The notes under the pieces: model-generated
What the model saw: only the letters and a program-made list of their open reading frames with translations
Told to the model about the DNA's origin: nothing
Database searches by the model: none
Shown: in pieces, positions 13,325-26,360 of the stretch
Numbering within the stretch: position 1 is the first letter of the stretch
How the letters are laid out: each line of letters starts with the position of its first letter
Translations under genes and position numbers: made by a program
DNA from: Blasia pusilla
Lineage: Eukaryota
DNA: 64,000 nucleotides
Assembly: GCA_050084515.1 (NCBI GenBank)
Contig: CM114271.1
Location: forward strand, 29,078,001-29,142,000
Direction: 5' to 3'

Positions 13325-16300
13325 CAAACCAAATCCATTCTCCTAATGAGAGGCTTGGGCTACACACATAAGGCAAGGAGGACTATAGCTCCGCCGCCAT
13401 GTCAAGAGGTTCAACAAAAAGAGAATGAACTCTCAAGGTCTCTCTCTTGGAGGTATACTTTCTTCCCTCCCCCAAACTCTCTCCACGGTAATGTATGCTT
13501 GTAGGTCACCTCCTTGGCTCTTGACCTTCTGTAGCGGGTCAAAGGTCACTTGCAAAAGTGGAAAGTCAACTATACCAAAAAATGCAACTTACTCGAAATA
13601 GCAAATTCCTCAATATGGCTCCAAATTAGTCGAAACGAAGGGAAAACCTCCTCTCTCAGGTTATCCGTGGCCTTAGCAGATCTTCCTCGACCTCTTCAAG
13701 CTGTTCTCTAGTATCTCTGAAGGCGTTCTACTAGATCTCGTCGATCTATCATAATAGACGTGACAACCACGTAGGATAGGTACTTAGAGCTAGGAGGTTT
13801 GGTTGGGTCAAAGGACGGAAGACGTTTAGGGTGGATATTGGGAGAAGTTAATGGCATCGGATATCGAAAGCGTTTAGGGTTGGATGGAATATCTTGAGGA
13901 CGGTCGAACAAGGACGACAAGTTGATGGAAGGGAACGGACGAACGAAGCCGGCTTTTGAGGAGGACAAACGGATTTAGAAAAGGAAGGATGGACGGAGAT
14001 GTATTTCAGGAGGACGAATGGATTTTCAGGAGGACAGACGTTCACACCGCGTCCTTGCTCGTGCGTAGAGGGGGGACTTTCTCGCTTGGACGCGAAGTGC
14101 TGTCTCTCTTTGCGCAAGATCCCTCTCCCGCCCCTCTCTCTCCTTCGCGTTTTGTTGCATGCGCCGAACTCCTCACGCTTTGTTACGGTTTTCCGCTCAT
14201 CGCTATCGCGCCCCTCTCCCTTTGTTTACCACTGTGCTTCGTGTTGATTGCAAATCGTTTGTTGCAGGTTCTTCCAGGTTTGTCTCTTTGCGGTTGGTCC
14301 TTTGGCGCTTTCGAGGCCCTGTCTCTTCTCTCAGACGCGCGTGAAGAGTTCAGATTTGTTGTGTTCCTTAGTATTTCTGCCTATGTGGCTCTCTTGTTGC
14401 ATGCTTACTTCTTGCCATTTCTCCTCTTCGTCCCTGATTGCGCTTCCTAAATCGTGGTGCTACCAGAGCGCATTTGAGGCTATTTTATTGCGATTTTCGT
14501 TGCATTCAAGGGTATTTTGGTAGGAAAGGAAGAGTTTGTGTTTGCGTGGTCTCTCACCTCTCCGCTTGTTCCTTAGTGTTTATGGCTTTGAGGCTCTCTT
14601 CTCGTAGTAGGCTCATATCCTCGCCATTTTCGCCTCTTTGGTGAATGACTCTGTATCTTCCGTCTCTACTTGCGATTCTTGAATCGCAAGATTGAACAAG
14701 TGCTTTCAATTTTGACTCTCATGTTATTCGTACTTTTTCTCGCTCGTCTCCTCTTGCTCTGAGGCATCTCCTGCCTTGTGTGCTTTGTTTATTTGCATCT
14801 GTCTGGTTCGTACTTTCACATTTGTGTGCGTCTTGTGGATTTGGGTCACTGCAGTGAGAAATACCGAGAGCGGCTCTACGTTTAGTATAGCGCAATTTTT
14901 CAGTTTCGGATTGTCTTTAGGTTTCATCCACACACTGCAGAATATCAGGTGCATAATCATTTCTCCCAACACGATGACGCTAAGTGTATTGTCTTATTCT
15001 ACTTCACAATACTTATTGTCTTATCGCATGACACAAGAATTTGTGCTATCTTCTTAATGTGCTCTTCATGAATTGACTTTCTTGTAGGTTGGCATTGTGA
15101 GTGTCTTGCTCCCATGAAATCTGCTATTGAGGTTCAACTACATCTTGATTATGAGTTTGCCTTGCGATAACACTTTGCTTTAGCAGCTCCAGGGGATATT
15201 CTTGGTGAGGGTTAGGGTTTATGTATCTGTGTTATCTCCATGTTCCTATCGTCTCTGCTTGCAGTTCCTATTCAGAATCCGTAATGCCATTCCTCATCAT
15301 GTCCAACATTGCCAAATTTGTGACGCTAGCTATGTGCAGACATTAGTACAAGCCTCTTGTTTTCCTTTCGTGCTATTTGTTATTGTGGTATATTAGAATG
15401 ACTTGGTGAATCCTCTCGTCCATTGCCTTACTGCTCTCCTCGCCCATGTGTATGTATTGTGTAGGATATTCGGCCTTTGACAAGAGAATTAGAGCTTTCA
15501 AAGTTTCTCTTGCCGGTTGAGTACTAGGTGCTTGGAGTTCTTTTGCAATCTCTCCCTTTTTTTGGTTTTAGGGGGGGTTAGGTAGGGTCTGGCAGATTAC
15601 GGTAGGTATCGCAGCAAAATGTCCAGTGAGCCTAAGTTCTTAGATGCAAGCGGATTGCGCTCACTTATGAATTCTATAAAAAATCTTGAGAACATCATGG
15701 GTTGTCTAACAGGAAATCAAGGGTCACTACAAACATGGGTGAATACCATGTTTCACTCAAAAACTTCACAAGAATTTTTCCTAGCTAATATAGTTTGCAA
15801 GCATTCTCACCTTTCTTCCAAAAATTATTTGGAAGATTGGATCATCCTAGGGTTTCCTTTCAAAACCTACATGTGTTTAGAGGAGGAAATAAGGATGGCC
15901 GATTTTAACGGGGCATTTTCACCTAGATCTCGTAAGGCTGGAAATTATGTTTGGTTAGATTGCTCTTTCCAGAAGAAGGGCTTTATGGAATTTCTTGTTG
16001 GGGGAAGGATGGGCGGGAACATGGAGGTAACACAAATTTGGGACATCAAGAGTATAGGTATATTAGGATATTCTTGAATTAGGATACTATTCCATATACT
16101 CTTGAACTTGCTCTTGCGTAAGTACCAAGGGCTCTTCTACAAGTTGACCACAATCTTTAGGGGCGGTTAGCCTATGGACTTGTCGAGGAATATACATGCC
16201 TTGTGCACGCTCTTTGGCGGATGGAAGAGCTATTGCAACACTGCAGTAGTCCCCTACAGAGAGATACTGTCTTCAAGTTGTTCATATTGAGAGTTGAGTT

Positions 16301-19300
16301 GTTGTGTTTGATACGTTGCTGTACCATCTGCGACTATGAGAGGTAAATCTCTTACTTTGTTCCATGTTTATGTTGTTATTGTATGGGGTTAGGTAAAAGG
16401 AAAGGTGGAGAAAGAGCATAACTCCCACTAGTCTAAGTCACCACGTTTGCTTCATTTGTGGGCAAGAGCCCATCCCCTATTGAGAAACTTTTCTAGCTTC
16501 CAAACCTCCCTTTGGCGAGATCGGATGGAGTGGGTCTACTACTGCTACTATGAAGAGCACAAAAAATACGTGTGTTTGTGCTCCAAGTGTCTTAGTGTAT
16601 AGAGTTTTTTTGATTTCCCGAAACCTTCAACTCCCATATTGCTACACATTGGTTGAGGCCTATGTTGGGAACACCTTGGCCCTCGGGGAAGAAGAAGGCT
16701 GAAGTAGATAATGAAGGATATGGAGAGGAGGAGGACGAAGACGAGGGTAACCAAGGTTACTCTCCCCTTGTAGCCATCCAATTTTTTAGCATAGAGGCTG
16801 CATTGTAATAGGGTGTGTAGGTTTGGGGTTTATCGAAAGTGTCTCTGTGCTCATACTCTCTTGGATGCAGGTACACATGCTAAGCCAAGTGCTACAAATA
16901 TTTGGGTTAGAGGCACCTTGTTACAACCCTGGGCCAACCACAAGAAATAGAAGAAGGCGGTTATTTTTCAACAAGGTGAAGGAGCATGCAAAGAGGGCAT
17001 GCCCTTATGTACCCATGCCTCCTATGACAAATATTTTGATTGCTTTTGAGGCCTATAGAACTGACCAGTTTGAGCAGAATTCTTGGGCATGTTTAGCTAG
17101 TGTAGATGGGTTAGAGAAGGCAAGAGAGGAACTTGAGGGTGCTATAGTGCTCCCTAGTACCACATTGAAGGGATGGATTGATTCCGGGAAGAGGCTTCTC
17201 CCTTCCACCATCCCTCTTGATAGAGGTCATCGACAAACCTATTGGAGATGCTTGGCAACATTCCATCACTTGAGTGCAGCTTGGGTGATGGATAAAAATG
17301 AACGTTTTTGTTGGGATGCCAAGGTAGATACTAGGAAACAGAAAATAGAGCATGGTCTAGTGGTTTTAGATCTCATGCATCGATCATGGAGGCATGCTTA
17401 TTAATGTAGTGAGGAGTATTACCTCCCATGGGTCACACATAATTACAAAATATGGAAAGAAAAATAAAGTCCCATAATACTTGACCAGATGAGAAAGAAA
17501 GTTTCTCGCATGTATGTGGATGGTGTCAGCTGCCGCAGGGCGGATGCTGTGGTGCGGGTATAGTGTTTCTTTTGCATTGCTAATGACCATTGCATTCTAT
17601 GTAATAGTACATCTTGTGTTTGGGTGATGGATCCTTACATAAGCTAGGTAGAGTGTTGGTAAATCCAAGTTAGGCATTTGAAAGGTTTTCTATGTATAGG
17701 GGGTTTAGATGTTCAGATTATTAACAAAAGTGTTTCTAATGGAGATGAAGTCCCACACCAAGAACCAATGTCCACTCAGGATAGAGATGGGGATGGTAGC
17801 AGACTAGCAAGGTCTTAGGAGCCAAGCAAGGTTCACGAAGATAGAGAGTTTAGGGAGGTTCAGGAAGACATAGAGCCAACTAGGGTTCAGGATGGGCTTG
17901 AGCCCACTAGGGCTCAAGCTGATGAGCACGTGGTACCACCCACTCGGCGATCTACTGATAAACACATGAGACTTTGTGCATTATAGCAGGAACGGAGGAA
18001 AGGACTAGAGACAAAATTGACTCACTCCTCGATCACAAGAATATCTCCAGTGTTTTCAAAGATAAAACACCTTTATACACACAATGTATATACCCACTAG
18101 AGGTCACTGGGGGCTTGGCCCACACCCAATTGCTATAAGAATCAACTACGGAATTCACTCTTTCTGGTCAACAATCATCGAGCTGAGACAAATTCCAATG
18201 AATAGAATGACCCATAACTCAACTTGCCTTCTACGCTAAAGGTGCAATTCCATGTGTTTGGGACACTCGAGATGAGGTGTCCAGGAAATGAACAGTGGAA
18301 CGGATAAGTTCATCCAACAAAAACTTTGGTAGCTAGTATAAGAGGGTATGTTGGGTACTTAAGCATGTTAAAGCGATGGTTCCTATTTCCCTTCGCTTTA
18401 TATGTGGCGATTAGCAACAAATGTAGTTACAACTAACTTAGAGGTCATAGGTTTGGGACGCTAAAACTTTATGAAGAGGCAAAAAACTTTGGGGTAGGAT
18501 ATGGAGGGTGTCTAAAGCGTTTGTTTTAGTTTTGGCTATTTCGCTTAGTTACGACTATTTTGGAGAAACCTTTATATAGTGCGGAAGACACAAGAGTTAT
18601 TTTTAGTAGCATTGTATTATTGTCCCCTTAATGCGGTCATGTCTTGTGGAACGTGACATGGTTATGGTGTTAGACGGAGTAACATAGTTACATTGTAATG
18701 ACAGACTGAAGCACGTCACCTAGCCACACGACATACCTGTTGACAAAATGCATAGTTTCTTTACATCGTATTACACTGAACACCTCTTTTCATATGTTCA
18801 AGTGACACCCCTCTTGAACACAAGATTACATATGTTATGGAATTTTTTTTTACTAAGACATAACTTAGATATAAACAATAATCAATAAAACAACATCCAT
18901 GTAAGTTTGCAAGGAGAAAATGTTGGCTTTTTTCGGATTGATGTGTGGCCATTATGTTGAGTTTCTTTCTAAGAGTCTAAGATTATAGGATCCGGGATCT
19001 GGATTGTTGCATGAACTTGGCAATTCCGAATCTCTATTGCAAGTTGGATCTATGAGCCTATCTAACATTTCATCTACTTTGGTCCTCTTTGTAATTTTGG
19101 CACTCCTATAACTACTATGGGGTGTGTCATTTACCAAAGGCCACTAGGAATCGCTGAAGGAGTGTTGGATTTTTTCATCTTGAACTTTGCTCACAAGAGC
19201 ATCCAAGTCCAAATGAGTACATGCCTCTGCTTCCATTTCTGCCTCCATATTTAGAAACTTTATTTTCTTCACTCTATGGAAAGACTCAACCTGGTGGTCT

Positions 19301-19359
19301 TGAAAAGAAGGCTAATTTCTGACCTGATTATGAGACCTGCGTTGTTCATGCATGCTCTT
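12400..19359. mobile_element. Highly degenerate, probably LTR-retroelement-derived sequence (family unassigned)
   Basis: Fragmented ORFs with no recognisable host domain (15619-16077, 16823-17404); CA-TGGT PBS-like junction on the minus strand near 13000-13010; continues after the Mutator insertion at 32972. Confidence 0.3.
13220..13321. repeat. CT/CTTT polypyrimidine low-complexity tract
   Basis: About 100 nt of only C and T. Confidence 0.9.
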
Positions 19360-19789
19360 GTACCAATCGAGGTGCGGTAAGAGGAGAGGAAGAGAGGAAG
19401 AGAGGAGAGAGGAGAGAGGAAACTACCTTCAACCGAAATAGATACTTTTTTTGAAGAGAGTTTCCTATGATTTGAAGAGAGTTTCCGTTGGGTTGAAGAG
19501 AGGAAACTTTTTGTGTGAATTTTTTTGCACTTTTTTGCTCAGTTATTAGCAGTCCCACAGTTTTTTTTTCTCTTCCATATTTTGGCAACCCATCTGAGTC
19601 CGACTGGTTGCAAATTGCACAAAATTTACAAAACTGAAAAATCTGTGGAATCATAAGTGTGGAACCAATCACTTTTTCCATCCAAGGTCTGGAAACAATC
19701 TACCATTTGCCCTGGGCTGAATAGAGTTCAAGCTCAAAGTGAAGGTTCTTGAAAAATGAAAGTACAATCTAAAACCTCATTTTGCATCC

Positions 19790-22700
19790 TCAAAGTGGTT
19801 TGTTTAAAATACTTTGCACTTCTTTGAGGGACAGAATTGGTTGGTGGATTCCTACTCCTACCTCGGACTCTCTTAAAACTACCAGCAACACATAGTACAT
19901 GTGCTTACAAGGGAAATACCTTGTGCCACTTGTCTCTCTTTGGACAAAGTCATCACATGAACATGTGGGAAAGCAACAGATGTGCACCACAAACACCCCT
20001 GTGACACTGGAATTTACAGTGTTGTTCAAAAACCCAATACATCCTTCCTATTCTATTGCCACGCATGACATCTTTCGTGGCGATGATCTCCATTTTTTCC
20101 TCCCGAGCTGATGCAATTCGCTTTGCTCTCTCCACCGTTGGCCTACTCATTCTGTTTCTCTTCACCCCATTTCTAGGCTCAAACAGAAATAGTGGATTGA
20201 GATCATCCACCTTCTCCGGGTACATGTTGACATCAATCTTGGGTTGAATACGAAATACGAAGGTCTCTGTAATGCGAACATGCTCCGAACTTCCCCCGTC
20301 TACGAGTCTGAAACCGGAACTTGTAAGATTGTCCACTTCGTCTTGAGTGCAGTTCGTACCTGCGGCGATGGGCCAAATTGTGGGGGTATTCCCTAGAGCT
20401 CCAATGGCAGCCGGATAAGACTTCCGGAAAGCGCAAGATTCATTTGGGCAGAAGAAGTACTTCAATTGATCCCCGGTCCTTGTGAAACGATCAAAGGTCT
20501 TGAGTCCCCAAAACCCAGGCAGTGGTCGTCTAGTCCTTGTACAGTTCTTATTTAGGAAAGTGCCGCATGCTCTCCTAATGCCATCAGATCCTGCCCTGCA
20601 GGTGGATCCACGTCCTGGGTTGCTCCGAGATATATGCCACAGTTTTAGGTTGCAATCCACCTCCATTACCGGAATCCCATATTGTTGAACCACCCTAGTG
20701 ACCGGATGTTGCGAACTTCCAGCAACGGAGGGCTTTCGAAATAAGACATTCACTCATTTTGGAGAAGGGTCTCCATCACGGATTTGGGAGCGGTCCGGGG
20801 TCCCCGAATACATGGGCGGTGTAATTTCCTCATCCAAATCAATCATCGGATTTGTTCCTCGATGCTGCCTCTTCACCTGCGTGAAGTCAAGATACTTATC
20901 TGGTCTCCACGAGTCTCGCTCGGACTGCTCTACCACCATCTGTATGGGACGTCTTGAAACCCGCCCACGAATATCCCCACCAATGTGTACGTCTTGCTCG
21001 AGGGGAGTTCCAGCTACGCACCGGTTGAAGGCTTCTACATACAGTTTTTCATCACCAGATCTCACAGCCGCCCTGACATAGAGCTCGTAGATTGACGACC
21101 CCCTTCCTTTTGTTATGCCTTTTGTGAGGAAGATATGGGATGCTACCGACTATAGCATTGCTCTTTCCTGGTCTTATTGGCATGGCTCCACAAGTGAAAT
21201 TTGTTGGCATGCTTATGACGACCTCCAGGAGGAATGAACACTTTCTGCTCCACTTGTGTTGGGGCAGAGGGCATTTTCATGAATGTTCAATCCCTGCAAC
21301 GACAACAATGTTAGAAGGGAACGAAAATAGCTCAGGAGTCAAAGAAATAAGCTACATGTCGAAACCAGACGGGTTGCAAGGCCGAGGCATCCCATGAACG
21401 ACTCTGCGATCCGTCGGGTCCCGACGTGTTGCAACCCTAAATCCACCTACTACAACCCGTCGGATTCAGACGGGTTGCAAGAACCTTTGGCCACTCTGGA
21501 AGATCCAAGTGCAAGTCATCCGAAACCCATCCAGGTCGAACTATTTGCAGGCCTTGTATACATGCAACTTGCATACTTGTATACGGGTTGCACCAAAATT
21601 CTGGATGCAACCCGTCGGTTTCTGACGGGTTGCACACTCGGGCAACCCGTCGCATCCGACAGCTTCCTTGGTTTCTTCGGTTTGAAATCCCTATAGTTCC
21701 CACGCTTCTCAACTTGAGCTGCAACTTTACAAACAATTCTCAGCGTGAGCTTGACAAGACAAAATAGTGAACTCACTTGCCGCATGAAGTTTTCCCATTG
21801 TCTCATACGTCATGATCCCACTTAACTCAACCAAGAGCACAACTCTTTGTACTTCCCCTCAATCGCATGCTTCCTCCACCACCCATGAAGTTCTTCTTGG
21901 CATTCCATGGCCTGTTTCAAGGTTTTGCTGTCCTTGCAGCGTTGGAGTAGAGTGACATGCTCTGTCCTCTTATTCTCCTTGATGCAAGATTTGGTGTACC
22001 GGTCACAGACTGTTGCCAATGGAAAGCATCCGACCTTTCCCTCTCCGGTTGAACCTCTCCACCCCAGAACACTTCCCGGATAGCAATCCACCCAAGTTGT
22101 GCATTGTCCGCCATGAACCCATAAATTTCCGGAGGTGGCCTTTTGTTTTCCTTCACCACCTCCAATAAGAGTAACCAACACATCTTCAAACTGCCAACGT
22201 CTTCTGCTTTTACTTTACAGACAAATATAGTTTTGATTCCCTTCTCCACATGGTCATAAACGTGAGCACCCATTGTCAACCATCCGTTCAACACCCTAGA
22301 GCAAATATCAAAGCTTACCCAAGTTGCCGTAAGATCTTCCCCTTCTCTCATTCGATCTATAAGATCGAGGCCACTTGACGGACCTGTGGTTGACATTTTG
22401 AAGACATAGGCCCTGGATCCCTCGCCTCCTTGGCCCATGAACTACCATCTCTGAGTGAATGGAAATCTGGAGTTGGCCTTGATTCTGGCGATGGCATCCA
22501 TTTCGGCCGTCTTTCCATCCAGAACCCGTATTTGACGCAACAAATTCCGGAAGCATTCAGAATCAACGAGAAATGCGAGATTTTCCCAGAGTTGTTTCTC
22601 CTCAGCCGCCGTGATCTCGCCCTGTCCAGGGATTCCAAGAATTTTTTCACAAATTTGTGATGCTGTTGTGAGCTTGATCACTCCGGGCTTTGAACCCAGA

Positions 22701-23889
22701 GAGTTTGTGTAGACCTCGGCAACTTTTTTCGCCACATCCTCCTTGATGTGTCTCTGAATTGCATCGGTCACAGGATGAGTGTGGGAGCCAACATGAACTG
22801 CCAGCCTTGTGTATTCTGACGTGGAGCCCAAGTCGTGGAAAATGAAAAATATGTATGCAGGACATGCTCCAACGCAGAAGGGCGATGCCTGACAATGAGG
22901 ACATCGATGGCCTCCCGGCGGTATGGTGGCACAGACCTCGTATGGAGTTTCTGCATTCTTGGGGGGGAATTGCGACGTATTGACTCGCCCGTTGTGCTCT
23001 ACATACGGGCATGCTGGAATTCTACACTCCAAGGTTCCAACACATTGGCGGTGGGAGACAATCCAAGGACCATCTGGAATTGAAGCACTAGTCCGTTGAA
23101 GCACCATCGATGACAATCAGACTTTCTGTCCATACCCTTCAGGCATCCTCCATCTTTCTTTTGAGCAGGAGCAGCAAGTGGAGGCAACTCAAAAATGAAA
23201 TTACCATCGTATGTGGGCGGCAGCTCGTTGACAAGAATGTGCTTGAACATTTTCAAGGCCAGAGACGAAAGCAAACTATTTCCTGACTCACAAGAGGAAC
23301 GAGTAGGCGGACAGAGGGCACGGTTGGTGTCCGACAGATCCACTATTTTTGATAACATCCGGAATCTCTTCAGGAAGAACAACATTGTTACAAGCGTGTG
23401 AAGTTGGAGTCGCAACCGGATCTACTGAGCTAGGAGTTGCAAACGTAGAGCTCGGTGCACTAGGAAATTCTCGACTGTCTACTTGGGAAACAGACGAATT
23501 CAGGGGCAAGCCGTAAAATCTGTATTGACCATTTTCTAGAGGTAGGAGATTCCATACTTTACGGTCTGCAATCATACAGTACCGTCCACCTTAACATCCT
23601 TGGATACAAAGATGGTTCCAATTTGGAGAAGAAATCGAAAAGAGAGAAAATTTTCATCCACTGCTATGAAAGACTCAAGAGCTTGCGGTCGAACGATTTC
23701 TGATTGAGGAAGGGCCACTAGATGAGTGCCACAAGTGAGCTTCACATAATTATCCATTCCCAGAAGATTCCAACAGGAGGAGAATGAGAATGTTTTATTT
23801 ATAGTGAATAGGAACTCAGATTCTCCTGACAGAATTTGACTGACAAGATGAAGTTTGGTAGGTGAAATTTTCTGACACAATGGATTCAA
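19790..23889 (-). pseudogene. Mutator-family transposase (GCM/WRKY-like Zn domain, DDE core, C-terminal SWIM), disrupted
   Basis: Zn domain CVGTLECRIPACP...CPHC...CPA...HVGSHTHP (within 22442-23116); DDE-like WVSFD, GFMADNA, AFHWQQS, PNTSGAESVHSSW; SWIM CSC...CKH (19790-20029); GT-AG intron 21294-21776; in-frame TAG at 22442 and several frameshifts. Confidence 0.85.
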
Positions 23890-23972
23890 TTCTGTTGCAA
23901 CTTGTCAAATTCAGGTGGGTTACAGGATTTGGGAAGCAGAGATGTGGGTTGCGAAGCACACTTCATTTTGTT

Positions 23973-25962
23973 GGAACCCGTCGGAGTCCGTTGGGTTGGT
24001 ACCCCTTTCCTGCCGACCGAAGATCTTTTGAGGCGATTTTGGTAGCATCAAACACAAGATATCGCTTGTTTTTGCGGGATTATCCAACTCAGGGTACATC
24101 TTGTGACCCGTCGGATTGCAATGGGTTTCCTCGGAACAATACGTTGTCGCATTGTTTCTCGAGGGATAACCTATCGATAACCGACGGGTTGCCTTGGTTA
24201 CTCAACTATTAACCCAAGCTAAGCGAACCTTGCAGCCCGTCGGCTTCAGACGGGTTGCACGCTTTTGCCTAACCTTGTAACGCAAACATGAACGAAGCTG
24301 GCAACCCGTCGCTCTCCGACGAGTTGCGCGGGTACCGCGCTTTCTTGCCCAAAGACGGCGGAGGCGCGCAACCCGTCGGCATCAGACGGGTTGCCCTATT
24401 ATCTCACGGTGTTACACTTACATGAAGGAAGCGTGCAAACCGTCTGTTTCCGAAGAGTTCCGCGGGTGCCGCACCTTCTTGCCCAAAGACGGCGAGCCGT
24501 GCAACCCTTCGCCCTCAGACGGGTTGCGCAAGGGCCTCGCCTTGTTTCGCTTACATGAAGGAAGCGTGCAACCTGTCGACCTCCGACGAGTTGCGCGGGA
24601 AGCCCGCGTTGTTATCCCTTAACGAGGGAAGCGTGCAACCCAACGGTCTCCGACGGGTTGCGCGGGTACCTCCCTGTCGCGACCCTCATAACCAAACAAC
24701 ACCAAATATGCGCCAAGCGAAACATCAGAACTCAAAGGAACTCACGCCGCGAGGTTTGCGCTTTGGAGAGGCGTTTGGAAGAGTCTCTTGGAAAAGTCTA
24801 AGAGACGAAACGCGGAACAGAGTTGTGCGTTTCATGCGTTAGTGGTCGCGACCAGGAAACCTTGACCAAACGCAAGCCGAGACTTGAGATGAGTTGAGTC
24901 TTGGAGGTTGGTTGCCAAAGAGGTGAGAACCAGTTTGGAACACGGCTAGCGTTTGGGAGAATCTGACTGTGTTTAGGACCATAACGTTGAGCTCCGAATT
25001 GCGTTGGGGACAAGTAAGGGCGCGTTGGAAAGCTGATCTTGAGACGCTTCCAACGCACCAAAGATCTTAGCAAACGCATAAGTACAGACTGATATATTGG
25101 CCGAAAACGATTCAGAGAGCAATCGGGTTGAGGGCCAATTGGAGGGGCCCGGGTGTCTTTCCCTAAATGTAGGGGGCCCCCGGAGATCCCCAGAAGTACT
25201 AGAAAGGGGAGTACCTTCTCTGAGATGTCTCGGGAAATGAAACCCCACTTTGGGCGCCAAACGGCGTTTCAGAGGCACGGGATGAAACGGGAGTTTGGCG
25301 CGGAAACCCGAAACCCAAACCTGATCCAAGGGAGTGGACTTTGTACGCCACACTTGGATTCCAACCCGAGATTCACTTCGTGCGAGTCTTGGTGAGGAAC
25401 TCATTGGATGTTCATTGGACAGTTGGAACCGCTAGGCGCGAAACGCCGTTTCAGGTTCCTGAACCGACCAGAAAGTCTGTCCCAAGTTTTTCGAGACTTG
25501 CCCGTGTTGGAAACCGCAAAACTAGGAAGGTTGAGCTTGAAGAGAGAGTCCGAGACGAGAACTCGGAAAGTAATCCCGCTGATTGATCCAAGACCCGACT
25601 AACCGAAGTGCGTGTTTGGATGCAGATCAGCGTTGAGAGCGTGACCTACTGAACGCACGCTTCCGCAACAAACAAGATTAACGTTCAAGGAGAGTAGGCG
25701 CACGACACTCCCGTTCTTGTCCGAACACGGCGGAGGCGCGCAACCTGTCGGTCTCCAACGAGTTGCGCGGGTACCTCGCATTCTTGTCCGAAGACGGCGG
25801 AGGCGCTCGACCTGTCGGTCTCCGACGGGTTTCTCGCGCACCTTGCGTTCTCGTCCCAGGACGACGGAGGCGCGCAACCTGTCGGCCTCCAACGGGTTGC
25901 CACGAGGACGGCTGCCTTGAACCCTCGGGAAGCGTGCAACCCGTCGAAGCCGTCGGGTTGTT
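23973..25962. repeat. Tandem array (~67 bp period) of a 27-bp palindrome in the divergent promoter region, split by a solo LTR
   Basis: GCAACC-type starts at 24232, 24301, 24368, 24435, 24501, 24568, 24635, then 25740, ~25806, ~25874, 25936. Confidence 0.9.
24675..25707. mobile_element. Solo LTR (1033 bp) inserted in the MULE
   Basis: TGTCG...CGACA termini, 5-bp TSD CTCCC (24670-24674 and 25708-25712), homologous along its length to 39535-40537. Confidence 0.92.
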
Positions 25963-26050
25963 GTTTTTCACGTCCAGACTTCTGTAACGGCCGGCACGTC
26001 GCCGTCGGAAGGACGATGCGACCCAATGGTGAGCCCAACGGCTCGAAAAG

Positions 26051-26058
26051 TATAAATA
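26051..26058 (+). promoter_or_regulatory. TATA box of the MULE cargo gene
   Basis: TATAAATA about 310 bp upstream of ATG 26361, just after the palindrome array. Confidence 0.55.
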
Positions 26059-26157
26059 GGGGAGAAATCGCTCATTTCGGTTTTTCATTTTGCGATCTCC
26101 ATTGCTCTCCCGCGTAGCAGCTGACCTGATACCAAGGGGCGCTTTACACGGCGACCC

Positions 26158-26320
26158 ATCGCGAGACGATACAAGCAAACGATCGCGAGACGATTCGAGC
26201 GAACGATCGCGAGACGGTTTGACTGAACGATCGCGAGACGATTCGAGCTACCCATCAAGGAGACTCATCTCGACATCAGCAAGGCGACTCATCTCGACAT
26301 CAGCAAGGCGACTCATCAAG
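26158..26320 (+). repeat. Two short 24-bp tandem arrays in the cargo 5' UTR
   Basis: About 4x GAACGATCGCGAGACGATTCGAGC-like and about 3x AAGGCGACTCATCTCGACATCAGC. Confidence 0.85.
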
Positions 26321-26360
26321 CGATTCATCGTGCACATAGGTGGAGGCATTTCCGGGAAAA

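Noticed and set aside
13956-14450. 164-aa hydrophobic ORF that looks membrane-like
   Set aside because: Explained by T/C-rich low-complexity composition; no domain recognised
25599-26178. Several Arg-rich ORFs with repeated peptides
   Set aside because: Read-through of the GC-rich palindrome array
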